NCBI RefSeq assembly: GCF_006345805.1 | Contig: NC_043022.1 | Span: 22,320,001 to 22,384,000, forward strand | Origin: Octopus sinensis | Taxonomy: Eukaryota | DNA length: 64,000 nt | Reading direction: 5' to 3' | In this document: in pieces, positions 1-13,368 of the stretch | Layout: each line of letters begins with the position of its first letter | Numbering within the stretch: position 1 is the first letter of the stretch | Program-made: the position numbers and the translations under genes | The notes under the pieces: model-generated | What the model was told of the DNA's origin: nothing | What the model saw: the letters and a program-made list of their open reading frames with translations, nothing else | The model's database searches: none

Positions 1-34
<34 letters not shown>

Positions 35-570
35 GAGTGAAAGAGTAGTGCATGCCATCAAAGTGACACTGGGGTACAAATATACAAAGCCCAGTATACA
101 CATCTTGACAACCTGTCTGATAAGGGTACACTAGGCACATGCATCACAACCATATGCGTGTGACATGGTGATCTCATATCAAGATAAACAGCAAATGACC
201 TTGCAGGTGGGTCCCACTTAGAATTTTCTTCAGGCTGAGTAGCCCATCTCATTCAAAAGGTTCCTGAATAAGGGTTGTTTAAGGATGTTGAATGAAACAC
301 CCATGTTTCCAATGGCGAAATATCCAAACTCCAAAGAATCCCTCTCAACACATGGCTATGATGCTCCCCCACTACTTCTGCTCGTGATCAGAGATGCACA
401 TATCGTCAGCCACTAAGGGACATGCTCAACTGGTTATGGTCAAACAACTGACAAGCAAATCTGTGGTATTGAGCAGAATATTTGCTGTAGCCCATCTTTT
501 ATACCAAGACAAAACAATGTACATGATAACACTCCAATCAGTTAAGAAGAGAAGCCATGAAAGCCACTGC
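35..570. mobile_element. About 540-bp non-autonomous repeat, flanked by (ATT)n; second copy inverted at 31441-31994
   Basis: The two copies align over their length in opposite orientation. Confidence 0.8.
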
Positions 571-987
571 ATTATTATTATTATTATTAGTAGTAGTACT
601 ACTACTACTACTGCTGCCGCCGCCACCATCACCACCACCACCACTACTTAACTCTCAGCTTATTTGCTGGGTATGATGGAAAGTGTCAGCTGACCCAGCC
701 AGCAGACTAAAGACCTCACTTGTGCCAGACCAATAAAATAAGTACTAGGCTTGCAAAGAATAAGTCCTGGGGTCGATTTGCTTGACTAAAGGTGGTGCTC
801 CAGCATGGCTGCAGTCAAATGACTGAAACAAGTAAAAGAGTAGGTGCATGTTTGAGATAGCATTGTCCTTTTAGTACCATCAGCACCATCAACTTGAGTC
901 AGACAGAAGGAGGAAGTGAGACAGACGGACAGACAGACAGAGCAAGGTAGAGACAGAAAGATTCATTATTGTTGTTTATTGTTTCAG

Positions 988-1147
988 AATGACTGTGCTG
1001 GCAGAGCAGGCTTTGAAGAATTCCAAGAGCGACCAACTGTAGTGGACATCCAGAGACAACTATGTGGCAAGATGTACAACGAAGCAAAACAACTAGCCAT
1101 ACATGGCTACGTGGACCTCTCCTTCCAGGATCTCTTTGCTGAACACA
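988..1147 (+). CDS. C16orf89: UPF0764/C16orf89 homolog, internal exon (NDCAGRAGFEEF...VDLSFQDLFAEH); upstream exons lie outside the window
   Basis: Acceptor tttcag at 987, donor A|GTGAGT at 1148, phase 0 to 1. Joined to the next exon it gives DLFAEHNFLCAPLGFQNF..W...ISWQ...GCF, which matches the C16orf89 family motif as I recall it (DLFME...CG..G...F....L..ILSWQ....GCF). Confidence 0.85.
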
Positions 1148-3036
1148 GTGAGTCACTTCATATTGTTGTTGTTGTTGTTGTTTTACTCCAAGTCAGTCTT
1201 TCACTCACAAGAACGCTGTCTTTGCTTTAGGAATATTCTTTTACTTGTTTCAGTCTTTGGACTGTCACCATGGTAGGGCACCCACCTTGAAGGGTTTATT
1301 TGAACAAACTGACCCAGTTTAGTACTTTATTTGATTGTTCATTGTTGCCAAACCACTAAGTTACAGGTACATAAACGAATGTGATGCTGGTTGCCAAGCT
1401 GGTTGCCAAGAATGTGATGCTGGTGGAGACAAACGCAAAGACACATACACATATCATCATCGTCATCGTCGTTTAACGTCCGCTTTCTATGCTAGCATGG
1501 TTTGGACGGTTTGACTGTGGGCTGGCGAACGAGATGGCTGCACCAAGCTTCAGTCTTGATCTGGCAGAGTTTCTACAGCTGGATGCCCTTCCTAACGCCA
1601 ACCACTCCGAGAGTGTAGTGGGTGCTTTTACGTGTCACCGGCACGGGGACCAGTCAGGCGGTACTGGCAACGACCTCGCTCGAATTTTTACACATATATA
1701 TACATCAATTACGTCTGTTAAAGATTTTATTATATTTACAGTCCTTTGAATGTTTCATGGAATTAATAGTAAACCTGCAGCGTTATTCCTGTAAACTTTA
1801 TCCAAAAAAACTGAAAGCGTAGCCTGTGTTATATCTGTATCAAAAGATAGTTACTTGTCTGCTATTCATAAAAAAGTAATGGAAATTGGAATAAAATGAT
1901 TACTTAATGAACCATATATATATATATTGGGTCGTCCGGAAAATTCATGCCGATTTATTGTAGCTTACATTTCGACTTATTTTAGAACATAGTTGAGTTC
2001 ATAAAATAGGATTTGACTGCACCTCCACTTAGAGCACAGTTTAAGCTATCTTTTCGTGGACGAAGGTTTATGTTCCTATAACCTGTTGTCCATAGTGGAA
2101 TTGACCAAAGTCCAGCCATCCCTATAACTGGTCAGTTAAATTTAAAACAAGGGCAGGCTTAGACCGTTATAGGGGTAGATATGAATAAGGAAATAAATAA
2201 AAGTGTGGGGAAGTGACCGCTTGTGTCATTATAAACCATCCTAACATGAAAACAAACACCATACGACAGTAACTAACAGTTAAAGGGAGACTACCGTAAG
2301 GGGATGTCGTTGCTAGGGCATTTACCTACAAATTATACTAGATCTATCTCCTTAAGTAGCCAGCACAGTCTCAGGTGGTGGTTATACTAGACAACCAGTA
2401 ATTGTCTAAACACTCCTGAGTACATTCTGCCTAGTAGACATATGAAATATTAAAAAAATATATAAAGTAGTCCCTAGAAGCACTCTTAAAGCAATTAACT
2501 TAAAAGCCAAGAATATTATGTTTGAGTGTAATATAGGCATCTTTTCGGTTTGAACGGCAGTTTTTAACATAATTTCTAGGTAACTAAAAAATTTAAAACT
2601 TCACATACTGGTAGAATGTGTTTATAAAACATCTTTTTCTCTTGGCTTTATTGAGAAAATTCTATAGTTTGTAAGATATTTGTTGTTTTTTTACTTCAAT
2701 TTCTGCAGTTTCAACCAATCAATGGCGTCTATTGAGGTGAAAACATTCTTTGCCATATGAATATGTCCCTCATTTAAGAAACAGATTGGGTTTATTTACA
2801 TTTGTGAAGAAAAAAAGATACCCTTCCCCCCACCCCTAACCCTAACCCTAAAACAGACCCTAGTATCGATCTATTGAAATGCAATAGATCGATACTAGGG
2901 TCATAATTATGGGTGACAATTTCATATGACACCGCTAGAAAAAACTGCCGGTCAAACCAAAAAGATCTGCAAAGACTGTTTTACCAATATCTGCTATCTG
3001 TGTATATAAATATATGTACAATATCTCTTTTCATAG

Positions 3037-3166
3037 ACTTTCTCTGTGCTCCTCTTGGCTTCCAGAACTTTCTACATGCTGATTGGATAAAAATGGTTAT
3101 TTCATGGCAGAGTCCCATTGGTTGCTTTGCTGAGACAACGGTTGATAATACTCTTTACAGCACACG
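3037..3166 (+). CDS. C16orf89: C16orf89 homolog exon (FLCAPLGFQNFLHADWIKMVISWQSPIGCFAETTVDNTLYST)
   Basis: Acceptor tttcatag at 3036, donor CG|GTATAA at 3167, phase 1 to 2; carries the SWQ...GCF motif. Confidence 0.85.
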
Positions 3167-4535
3167 GTATAAATCTTTGTTACTTATTTCTTAATTGCCC
3201 ACAAGGGGCTAAACATAGAGGGGACAAACAAAGGGATTAAGTCGATTACATTGACCCCAGTGCATAACTGGTACTTAATTTATCGACCCTGAAAGGATGA
3301 AATGCAAAGTTGACCTCGGCGGAATTTGAACTCAGAACGTAGCAGCAGACGAAATACCTATTTCTTTACTACCCACAAGGGGCTAAACACAGAGGGGACA
3401 AACAAAGACATACACACGGATTAAGCCGATTACATCAACCCCAGTGAGTAACTGGTACTTATTTAATTGACCCCAAAAGGATGAAAAGCAAAGTCGACCT
3501 CGGCGGAATTTGAACTCAGAACGTAGCGGCAGACGAAATACTGCTAAGCATTCCGCCCGGCTCACTAACGATTCTGCCAGTTCGCCACCTTAAATCTTTG
3601 TTACTGATTCTAGTCTCCACTTGTTCTTCAATCACACACGAATATCTTCCCTCAATTAAAGAAATTCTGCTGTATTTCCAGTAATGAACTCTGTCATTAC
3701 TGTTCACTGTAATAAATTAAACTAGTGGTTCTCAGCCATATTTTATCGCTTTTACTTGTTTCAGTCATGTGACTGTAGCCATGCTGGAGCACTGCCTTTA
3801 GTTGAGCAAATTGACCCCAGGACTTATTCTTTGTAAGCTTAGTACTTATTCTATCGGTCTCTTTTGCCGAACCGCTAAGTTACGGGGACGTAAACACACC
3901 AGCATTGGTTGTCAAGCGATGTTGGGAGGACAAACACAGATACACACACATATATATATATATATACATATATACGATGGGCTTCTTTCAGTTTCCGTCA
4001 ACCAAATCCACTCACAAGGCTTTGGTCGGCCTGAGGCTATAGTAGAAGACACTTGCCCAAGGTGCCACAAAGTGGGACTGAACCTGGAACCATGTGGTTG
4101 GTAAACAAGCTACTTACCACACAGCCACTCCTACGCCTATCTATGGAAACCTTTCATTCCTATTTCACTCTGATGAAACTCCCCACCCAGCCATTCAGTG
4201 TTTAGGATAGGAAAGTCTTCTTTTTTCTGTTGAGGGCTTATATACCCCTTTATTAGACTATTTTCCTTAATCATTGCACGGTGATCGCCATAAGCTTTAA
4301 GCTTATATAAAAATACCATTATTATTTATAGTATTGTAAACTCGACGCCATATAAAAAAACCATTCGCACTGAAATATATATATATATCTCGTGGATTTC
4401 CACTTCGGCATCCAAAACTCAGAGTTTTATCTTGACTATTGAATAATTGTAACATATTATTTTATAGATAAATTTCCTCTATTTACATAATATTGAGGTC
4501 TCTTTCTTTCTTTTGTTATCTTACCGTTTTTACCA

Positions 4536-4567
<32 letters not shown>

Positions 4568-4598
4568 ATACATATATGCTTACAATATCTATTTTCAG

Positions 4599-4645
4599 TT
4601 CATCGCCCACAATGCGGAAGTTAATGCGGGAAGAATTGATGCCAA
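4599..4645 (+). CDS. C16orf89: C16orf89 homolog 47-nt exon (SSPTMRKLMREELMP)
   Basis: Acceptor attttcag, donor A|GTAAGT; phase 2 to 1 exactly bridges the flanking exons; RKxxRE precedes the GCxSH motif as in the family. Confidence 0.8.
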
Positions 4646-4849
4646 GTAAGTGGTCTTCCTCTTGAAATATATAAGCCAAGCATAAAGGCATCCACACACA
4701 CATATACACAAATATATGCATGGGTGGAAATGCAGTTCTCCATGCAAAATATACTCTGTTTGTGTGTTCTACATTTTCTGAGGTCCATACCCACTGGTCT
4801 CCTATTCATTAGTGTACCTCATGTACAAAGTGCATTCACCCAATGTAAG

Positions 4850-5650
4850 ATTGTGTTACGGGTGGGAACAGCCTGATTTTGGTGAATATTGAAGTGGCAC
4901 CAAAACTAACAACTCATTTTAACAGATATATTTACCAAAATTTCATAAAAATATCTTGAAATACTAAAGAGTAAATTTATTAAATAAAATTACCATTGGC
5001 TTCAACCACAACCTCCAGATGACTTCGGAATCTCCTGCAACTCTTTTGGACGGTCTCCTTGTTTAAGTTGGTGAATGCTGCCATGATCCTTGCCTCCATT
5101 CCATCTTTGGTGTTACAAAGAATTTTGTTGGTCTCTCACTCAATTGCACCCCACACATAATAAACGGGGTTGTAATGTGGTGAGTTAGGTGCCCAGATGT
5201 TAGGAGTGATGTGATCGTAGAAATTGTCTGTAAGCCATGACTGGGTTCTCCTGCTTGGGTGGCATGGTGCAGAGTCCTGTTGCCAGACATAGGGTCTTCC
5301 AGCAGCCAACCTCTTCATCCAGGGCAGCGCTACCTCCTCCAGGTACTTGATGTAGGCCTCATGTTGAGTCTGAGGCTGTGTGGGAAGATGAATAGAGGCA
5401 TAACGTCACCATCACTAGTGATCACTCCAAACACCATGACGTTAACTGGATGTTTGATTTTTATCATTCTCAGTACTCTGCACTGTCCTCAGATTGACAC
5501 CCAAACACTCATACTGGAGCTTCCAGCACAAATGCCAAGCAGAACAGCATGTCATTTCCAAATTTCTGGCAAAGTGAATTGCATCATGGTGCTGTTTTTC
5601 TCAAAGATGGTGCCCAACTGACCCTACTATACTGTGCAGTCGACAAAATC
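4850..5650 (-). mobile_element. Tc1/mariner (DD37D/maT-like) transposase relic
   Basis: WQQDSAPCH...IWAPNSPHYNP..YVWGAIE in ORF 5136..5318; boundaries approximate. Confidence 0.75.
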
Positions 5651-5835
5651 AAAAACAATGCACATGCATGAAATTATAAATATAAAATGACACCAATTTA
5701 CCCATTGCTCTCTGTATATATATATGTATGTGTATGAATTTATATATATGTCCAACCCATGCCAGTATGGAAAATATACTTTGAATGACAATGATAATGA
5801 TATCCTTATCTTTAATTAGTTATTAATTATTTCAG

Positions 5836-5927
5836 ATGGCTGTCTCTCCCACAAGTCTGGTCTCTGTTATGGAGTACTAACCACTTATTTAAATGGAATT
5901 TTGCGAAGGCAACTTTACCACAGTTAA
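5836..5927 (+). CDS. C16orf89: C16orf89 homolog terminal coding exon (NGCLSHKSGLCYGVLTTYLNGILRRQLYHS*)
   Basis: Acceptor tatttcag at 5835, phase 1; GCLSH motif; TAA at 5925-5927. Confidence 0.85.
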
Positions 5928-6128
5928 GAGTTCCTGACAGTGACCCATCAGTGTTGATGCCATTCTAGTGTATTAACCATTTATTTATAAATGGACTTCT
6001 GCAGAGAAGTAAGTGTTCCACAGTTTACCGAATTCCTAACTGTGGCAAGCAAGTCTGGACACTGTTTCACACTCCAGTATTGGGATTAACACCAACTGAA
6101 ATACCATATCTTTCTGTTGTCAATATGA

Positions 6129-6134
6129 AATAAA
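6129..6134 (+). terminator. Candidate polyadenylation signal of the C16orf89 homolog
   Basis: AATAAA about 200 nt after the stop, at the end of unique sequence just before SINEs begin. Confidence 0.4.
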
Positions 6135-6305
6135 CAAACAAAAATAATAATAATAATCCTTTCTTCTATAGGCACAAGGCCTGAAATTTGGGGGAGGGGA
6201 TAGTAAATTACATCGATCCCAGTATACAACTGGTACTTATTTTATCGACCTTGAAAGGTAAAGCCGACCTCAGTGGAATTTTAACTCGAAATGTAAAGAT
6301 GGATA

Positions 6306-6696
6306 GGCGCAGGAGTGGCTGTGTGGTAAGTAGCTTGCTAACCAACCACATCGTTCTGGGTTCAGTCCCAATGCGTGGCATCTTGGGCAAGTGTCTTCTG
6401 CTATAGCCCCGGGCCGACCAATGCCTTGTGAGTGGATTTGGTAGATGGAAACTGAAAGAAGCCTGTCGTATATATATGTGTGTGTGTGTGTGTCTGTGTT
6501 TATCCCCCTAGCATTGCTTGACAACCGATGCTGGTGTGTTTACGTCCCCGTCACTTAGCGGTTCGGCAAAAGAGACCGATAGAATAAGTACTGGGCTTAC
6601 AAAGAATAAGTCCCGGGGTCGATTTGCTCGACTAAAAGGCGCTGCTCCAGCATAGCCGCAGTCAAATGACTGAAACAAGTAAAAGAGTAAAAGAGT
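6306..6696 (+). mobile_element. tRNA-derived SINE family 1 (representative copy)
   Basis: Head GGCGCAGGAGTGGCTGTGTGGTAAG...GGTTCAGTCCC, central (TA/TG)n. Other copies at about 3748-4137(-), 8503-8905(+), 16697-16990(-), 22098-22445(+), 23633-24030(-), 24992-25400(+), 27372-27768(-), 28950-29357(-), 30810-31183(-), 39507-39820(+), 51056-51471(-), 53342-53708(-). Confidence 0.9.
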
Positions 6697-7441
6697 ATGG
6701 ATGAAATGCCGCTAAGCTTTTTATCTAGCATGCTAACAATTATGCCAGTTCATCTTAATAATAATAATAACAATAATAATTCTTTCCACTGAAAGCACAA
6801 GGCCTAAAATTTGGGGGAGGGTATAGTTGATTACATCAACCCTGGTGTTTCACTGGTACTTAATTTATTGATCCTGAAAGGATGAAAGGCAAAGTCGACC
6901 ATGGCAGAATTTGAACTCAGAACGTAGTGACAGACGAAATACCTATTTCTTTATTACCCACAAGGGGCTAAACATAGAGTGGACAAACAAGGACAGACAT
7001 AGGTATTAAGTCGATTACATTGACTCCAGTGCGTAACTGGTACTTAATTTATTGACCCCGAAAGGATGAAAGGCAAAGTTGACCTCAGCGGAATTTGAAC
7101 TCAGAACGTAGCGACAGACGAAATACCACTAAGTATTTCACCCGGCATGCTAACGATTCTGCCAGCTCTCCCACCTTAATAATAATATTGACATCAATGT
7201 GGTTGTTTGCTTTTCCTCTCCTATCACTAATTTGTTTCCTAGCCCTTTTGATACTAACTTACCTGAGAGGTAATATTAATCCACACTTCAATGTGGATAT
7301 TCTGTTAGAACAAAACTATACTACGAGAGAAACTCTTATTTTGACTTCAGGTGCAAAATGCAGTCTTATATATCAGGTTGGTGCAAAAATAATGTCCAAT
7401 TTAAAGATCTAAGGTAAAAATGAATAAGCCAATGACTATGG

Positions 7442-7444
<3 letters not shown>

Positions 7445-7472
<28 letters not shown>

Positions 7473-7770
7473 TTAGCGTCCGCTTTCCATGCTAGCATGG
7501 GTTGGACGGTTCAACTGGGGTCTGGGAAGCCAGAAGGCTGCACCAGGCCCAGTCTGATCTGGCAATGTTTCTACGGCTGGATGCCCTTCCTAACGCCAGC
7601 CACTCCGTGAGTGTAGTGGGTGCTTTTTACGTGCCACCGGCACAGGTGCCAGACGGGGCTAGCAAACAGCCACGGTCGGATGGTGCTTTTTACGTTCCAC
7701 CGGCACGGGGGCCAGGCGGGGCTGGCAACGGCCACGATCAGATGGTGCTTTTTACATGCCACCGGCATAA
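7445..7770 (-). mobile_element. SINE / short element family 3 with an RTE-type 3' end and (GAT)n tail
   Basis: GGATGCCCTTCCTAACGCCAACCAC motif next to (CAT)n. Other copies at about 1455-1690, 9160-9735, 11440-11825, 24345-24595, 38170-38425, 39830-40035, 46405-46810, 52567-52715, 63700-63965. Confidence 0.85.
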
Positions 7771-8362
7771 TTTATTCATTAACCCTTTTGATACCAACCT
7801 GGCTGAAACCGCCTCTGACTCTGTAGTACTGTGAGCACTTGCCTTCTACAATTGCCCCAGACTGACCTTGTAAGGGGATTATTTGGGAGATGGAAACTGA
7901 AAGAAATCCATCGTGTGTGTGTGCATATGTGTTTGTTTCCTCTTGTCTTGTCATCATGTAATGGCTGTAATTGAGAATCACTATCATACAGGTGTTGCTG
8001 CGCATTACTAGCCTTTCATGAAAATATGCCTAGCCAAAAGGGTTGATGACAGAAAGGGCTTCCAGTTGTAGAAAATTCACCTCAAGGATTTCCACTGGAC
8101 CCATGTAAGCATGGGAAAAGTGAGTGATGAAACAATGATGATGATGATGATGATAGTTGTAAAGCATTCTTTTTTATTATTTTTATTATCAAATTATCAT
8201 CTTCAGAACTGTACATCATTTATCATTTCATTCACCTCTTACAGTTTTTGTCCGAAATTGTATTTAAAAAAAAAAAATGTAATTTCTATAGCTGGTCCTG
8301 CACAAAGAATGCCAAATGCTCACACAGTTTCACCTCTTTTTCATCTTTTTGAAAGTTGTATT

Positions 8363-8410
8363 TTATAATAAAAATGGTTTCTTTTTTGGTTGTTGGGGTG
8401 CTGGTACATT
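8363..8410 (-). CDS. Large gene terminal coding exon (NVPAPQQPKKKPFLL*)
   Basis: Acceptor ttcttgtgttatttcag, phase 0; TAA at 8365-8363; two minus-strand AATAAA at about 8173-8187. Confidence 0.7.
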   Translation of the reverse strand, partial: NVPAPQQPKKKPFLL

Positions 8411-9822
8411 CTGAAATAACACAAGAAACTCTTTTATGTAAAATCAAGAAATCATTTTAAAATATCAGTTTTAAAACTTTAAAATATTAATTTTCATTTT
8501 ATAGGCACAGGAGTGGCTGTGTGGTAAGAAGTTTATTTCCCAATCATATGGTTCTGGGATCATTCCCACTATGTGGCACCTTGAGCAAATGTCTTGTACT
8601 ATAGCTTCAGGCCAACCAAAGCCTTGTGAGTGGATTTGGGAGAAGGAAACTGAAAGAAGCCTAACATATATATAAATGTGTGTGTTTGTTTGTTTGTGTC
8701 TGTATTTGTCCCCCCATCACTTTGACAACTAATATTAGTGTGCTCACATCCCCATAACTTAGCAATTCAGCAAAAGAGTCCGATAGAATAAGTACCAGGC
8801 TTTAAAGAATAAATATAAGTACTGGGATTGATTCATTCAATTAAAATTCTTCAAAGCAATGCTCCAGCATGGCTGCAGTCTAATGACTGAAACAAGTAAA
8901 AGAAGATTAAATCTTAGCCTTAACTAGCACTATGACCCGGCGTTGCTGGGTCATAGTGCTAATGCATGTCTTACTCCTCTCACTCACTCCACTTCTCTAA
9001 CTAACTAATGTACAATGAATGAAAAAGCAGATTACTTTACAGATGGAATTGGATGGTAACAGACAGTCGTTGGAATCCAAGAAAGCAGTAAAAAAATAAT
9101 TCAGTAGGATGTAAGGGCCTATGCTAGGAGCATAACCAGCCTGCTTATGCGTAGCTTTTCCTTCTTTGGTCACTAAACTTTGCTTGCGAAGACCTGTTGA
9201 GGCAAGTGAAATCAAAATCAAAATCATTTCGATGACTGGCATCTTTGCTAGTGGGGTGCAAAGAGCACCTTACGAGTGTGATCGTTGACAGAGTGGTTAT
9301 TCGAGTATGATCGTTACCAACGTCGCCTTACTGGCACTTATGCTTGCGCTAGTAGGGTGCCAAGAGCACCATCCGAGTGTGATCGTTGCCAGAGCAGCCA
9401 ACTGGCCTCCGTAACCATGGCATGTAAAAGGGTACCATTCGAGCGTGATTGTTACCAACGTCGCTTCACTGGCACCTGTGCTGGCGGCACATGTAAAAAG
9501 ATTCGAGTGAGGTCGTTGCCAGTACCGCCTGACTGGCCCCCGTGCAGGTGGCACATAAAAAGCACCCACTACACTCTCGGAGTGGTTGGCGTTAGGAAGG
9601 GCATCCAGCTGTAGAACCTCTGCCAGATCAAGACTGGAGCTTGGTGCAGCCATCTGGTTGCCAGTCCTCAGCCAAAATCGTCCAACCCATGCTAGCATGG
9701 AAAGCGGACATTAAACGATGATGATGATGATGATGTAAGCAATGTGAGAGATGAGAAGGGTGAAAGGTCAATGTGTTTAATATAAATCAAATAATAACCT
9801 TTTTAGTGGGAAATGGTGATAC

Positions 9823-10166
9823 CTTTCCCTTCCTAGTTGCCTTCAGCACTTGATTCAGGTCAAACAAGCTGTTATCCTTCTTATTATTATTATTAAAACA
9901 AACTGGTTTAGATTTGCTGACAGCCGGTGGTGGAGGAAGGACATTGCGGTATATCCTTTCTGTTTTATTGGAATCGTTGAGATAAAAGTCCTGACCGTTA
10001 ATCCACCAAGACAGGCCCCCATTTCTTTGGATGTTTTTATTATAACTCAGATCTTGTTTGTCAGTCTGGCTGGCCTTGCCACATAGAGGTTTTATTGATA
10101 CTGATGACTTCTCTGTGTTCCTGCTTGTGTTCTTATTTTGTTTGATTCCATTCGTAGAACATTCCC
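9823..10166 (-). CDS. Large gene penultimate exon (GECSTNG...ERIYRNVLPPPPAVSK...LNQVLKATRKGK)
   Basis: 344-nt stop-free frame that is absent from the ORF track (no early start codon); acceptor tttcattttatttttag, donor AAG|GTATCA; phase 1 to 0. Confidence 0.8.
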
Positions 10167-11266
10167 CTAAAAATAAAATGAAAGGTTCAGATTAAATTTC
10201 AGTCATTTTGATTGGGTCAAACCCTTTGGATGGTTATATTATAGTGGGTTAAGACACACAAGGCGGCGAGCTGGCAGAATCGTTAGCACGCCGGGCGAAA
10301 TGCTTTGTGGTATTTCGTCTGCCGCTGTGTTCTGAGTTCAAATTCCGCTGAGGTCAACTTTACCTTTCATCATGGTGAAGGAATCCGGTAATCATATATG
10401 AGCACAAGTAAATGACCAAACACAGATACCAGCAACTGTTGAAGACAGAAACAATAAGCCAAGACTGTAAAGGTGGTGAGCTGGCAGAAATGTTAGCACG
10501 CTGGGCGAAATGTGTAGCCATATTTCGTCTGCCGTTACGTTCTGAGTTCAAATTCCGCCGAGGTTGACTTTACCTTTCATCCTTTCGGGGTCAATAAATT
10601 AAGTACCAGTGACGCACTGGGGTTGATGTAATCGACTTAATCCATTTGTCTGTACTTGTTTGTCACCTCTATGTTTAGCCCCTTGTGGGTAATAAAGAAA
10701 TAGGTTAAGACACTCACTTTGCAACCATGTAGTTATGGGTGCAACACCTTGGGCAAGAGTCTTCTACTATAGCCCAAGGCTGAGGAGTGAATTTAGCAGA
10801 TGGAAACTGTGTGGAAGCCTATCATATATATGTATGTATGTGTGTTTCTTTGTGCTTGTGGTTGTCTGCTCCATCACATGACAACCAGTGTTGGTTTGTT
10901 AAAATCCCAGTAACATAGCAGTTCAGCAAAAGAGACTGATAGAATAAGTGCTAGACTTAAAAAGTAAGTACTGGGGATCAGGCCTTAGGCAAGTACCTTC
11001 TACTACAGCCCCAGGCCAACCAAAAGCTTTGTGAGTGGATTTAATGGGCAGGAAACTGTAAGAAGCCCATCATATATGTGTCTGTAGGGCTGGCACTAGG
11101 AAGTGTAGGACCCAATTAGGGAATTGTTGAGGGCTTGAGTCTCCACCTTTAGCCACAATAATACTAGAAATTCATCACAGTTCCTCCACTCGAGCATGTG
11201 CACAGGACCCTCACATGGTGTGGAGCCCAATTTGAACAAATCTGGTTAATTGGCTTAAAACTGGCC

Positions 11267-11311
<45 letters not shown>

Positions 11312-11918
11312 TGCACACGCATATGTGTGTATGAGTGGGTGAGTTCTTGTATCTCTGTCTGGGCATCATTTGATAGTTACAAACAATGCATACCTTTCCT
11401 TCTTGGGACACAAAACTCTACTTGTGAAGACATGTTGAGGCAAGTTAAAATCAAAATCAAAATCAAAATCGATCAACATCAATGGAAATCGTAGCTGTGA
11501 TACCAGTGCAGGTGGCACATAAGAGAACCATCCAAACGTGGCCGTTGCCAGTGCCGCACCGACTGGCTTCCGTGCCGGTGGCACGTAAAAAGCACCATCC
11601 GATCGTGGCCATTTGCCTGCCTCGTCTGGCACCTGTGCCGGTGGCACGTAAAAAGCACCCACTAGACTCATGGAGTGGTTGGGGTTAGGAAGGGCATCTA
11701 GCCGTAGAAACGCTGCCAGATCAGACTGGGCTTGGTGCAGCCTTCTGGCTTCCCAGACCCCAGTTGAACCATCCAACCCATGCCAGCATGGAAAGCGGAC
11801 GCTAAATGATGATGATGATGATGATGAAACAAGCATACCCTGTCATATAAGAGATCAATATCTATGGTTCCAAAACAAGGCATCATAATTTCTGAGTGAG
11901 TGTGACTGTGGTCTTTAC

Positions 11919-12129
11919 CTTTGTTTAATACTGGAACAACATCTGATGGTAAGTAGCAGTAGAGCACAGGAGGCCCAGAGTCAGAGCCGGCATCAGAGGA
12001 AGCAGCTGCATTGCTTTTGTGTGTAGTTTGTTTGGAGTTCATTACTTCACATGCTGATACCTGTTGCAATAATTCACGTACAAGACAGCCTATTCTCTTT
12101 CCTTCATTGGCTTTCACAGGGACTCCTAA
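11919..12129 (-). CDS. Large gene exon (LGVPVKANEGKRIGCLVRELLQQ...VPVLNK)
   Basis: Acceptor tactttctatag, donor AAG|GTAAAG; 70 codons, phase 0 to 1. Confidence 0.8.
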
Positions 12130-12265
12130 CTATAGAAAGTATTCATTTTTAGGGTTCATGTTGGAAATGTACAACAAAAACCATGTGGTCTCAATTAGAC
12201 AAAATTTACATTCATTACTACTAAATAATATAAACATTCTTTAAAAAATCCTGTTAGCAAATATT

Positions 12266-12688
12266 GGATCTTTTCGGTTTGAACAGCAGTTTTTTCTAGC
12301 AGTGTCATATGAAATTGTCACCCATAATTATGACCCTAGTATCGATCTATTGCATTTCAATCTCTTTTAGGGTTTGGGTTAGAGTTAGGGGTGGGGGGAA
12401 GGGTATCTTTTTTTCTTCAGAAATGTAAATAAACCCAATCTGTTTCTTAAACGAGGGACATATTCATACGGCACAGAATGTTTTCACCTCAATAGACGGT
12501 CATTGATTGGTTGAAATTGACGAAATGCAAGAAATTAAAGACCAAATATCTTACAAACTATAGAATTTTCTCAATAAAGCCAAGAGAAAAAGATGTTTTA
12601 TAAACACATTCTACCAGTATACGAAGTTTAAAATTTTTTAGTTACCTAGAAATTGTGTTAAAAACTGCCGTTCAAACCGAAAAGATCC
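12266..12688. mobile_element. Merlin-like MITE (about 420 bp)
   Basis: TIR GGATCTTTTCGGTTTGAAC(G/A)GCAGTTTT; 8-bp TSD CAAATATT. Confidence 0.85.
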
Positions 12689-12994
12689 CAAATATTCGCC
12701 ATGGATTTAATCAATCCATTTGATATCAACTTGACTGTGAACACCCCTGGTTCTATGATTCCCAACTCTTCAACATTTAAACCAGTCATACTCAGCCAAA
12801 ATATTCAACCTGTTTTATATTCAAACCAGTCAAATCCAGACTCTCACACCTATCGTCACAATGTCATCCTAGAAACAAGAAACCACATCACTGAAATCTC
12901 AAAGTTACGAAATAATGCATGATTAAATTCAAAACAATGTGTTAGATTTGACAGAGTAATCCGAATGCTAAAGGGTTAAGCCAACCATATCCAG

Positions 12995-13368
12995 CTCAAA
13001 ACCAAATTGCATCTCCTCAAACTCCACCCATCTAACACCCGTGGACATATTTACAAAGTAAGAAAACAGCACAGCTCCCATAACTTCAGGAAACATTTTT
13101 TCACATTGAGAGTTGCTGAAGCATGGAACAAACTGCCAGCATCGGTTGTTAGTTGTCGGAGCACTGCATCCTTCAAAACTTCCATGCTTCCTGAGGTTCG
13201 CCAACACTACACTTGATTTTCTCCCCTCCATACACACACAAGCATGTATCTGACTCATACATTGTTCGCTTTCCAGACATTTGTACATTACTGCATGTAC
13301 TTTATATGCACTTTCTGACAAGTTGTGGTGCACCTGAGCACTGTATACAATAATTTCATTATTATATT
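12995..13368 (+). mobile_element. CR1-type LINE 3' fragment, family A
   Basis: NTRGHIYKVRK...FFTLRVAEAWNKLP; copies at about 21690-22035(-) and 36360-36775(-). Confidence 0.85.

Noticed and set aside
2835-2850. Telomere or interstitial telomeric array
   Set aside because: Only a few units, and they are internal to the Merlin-like MITE.
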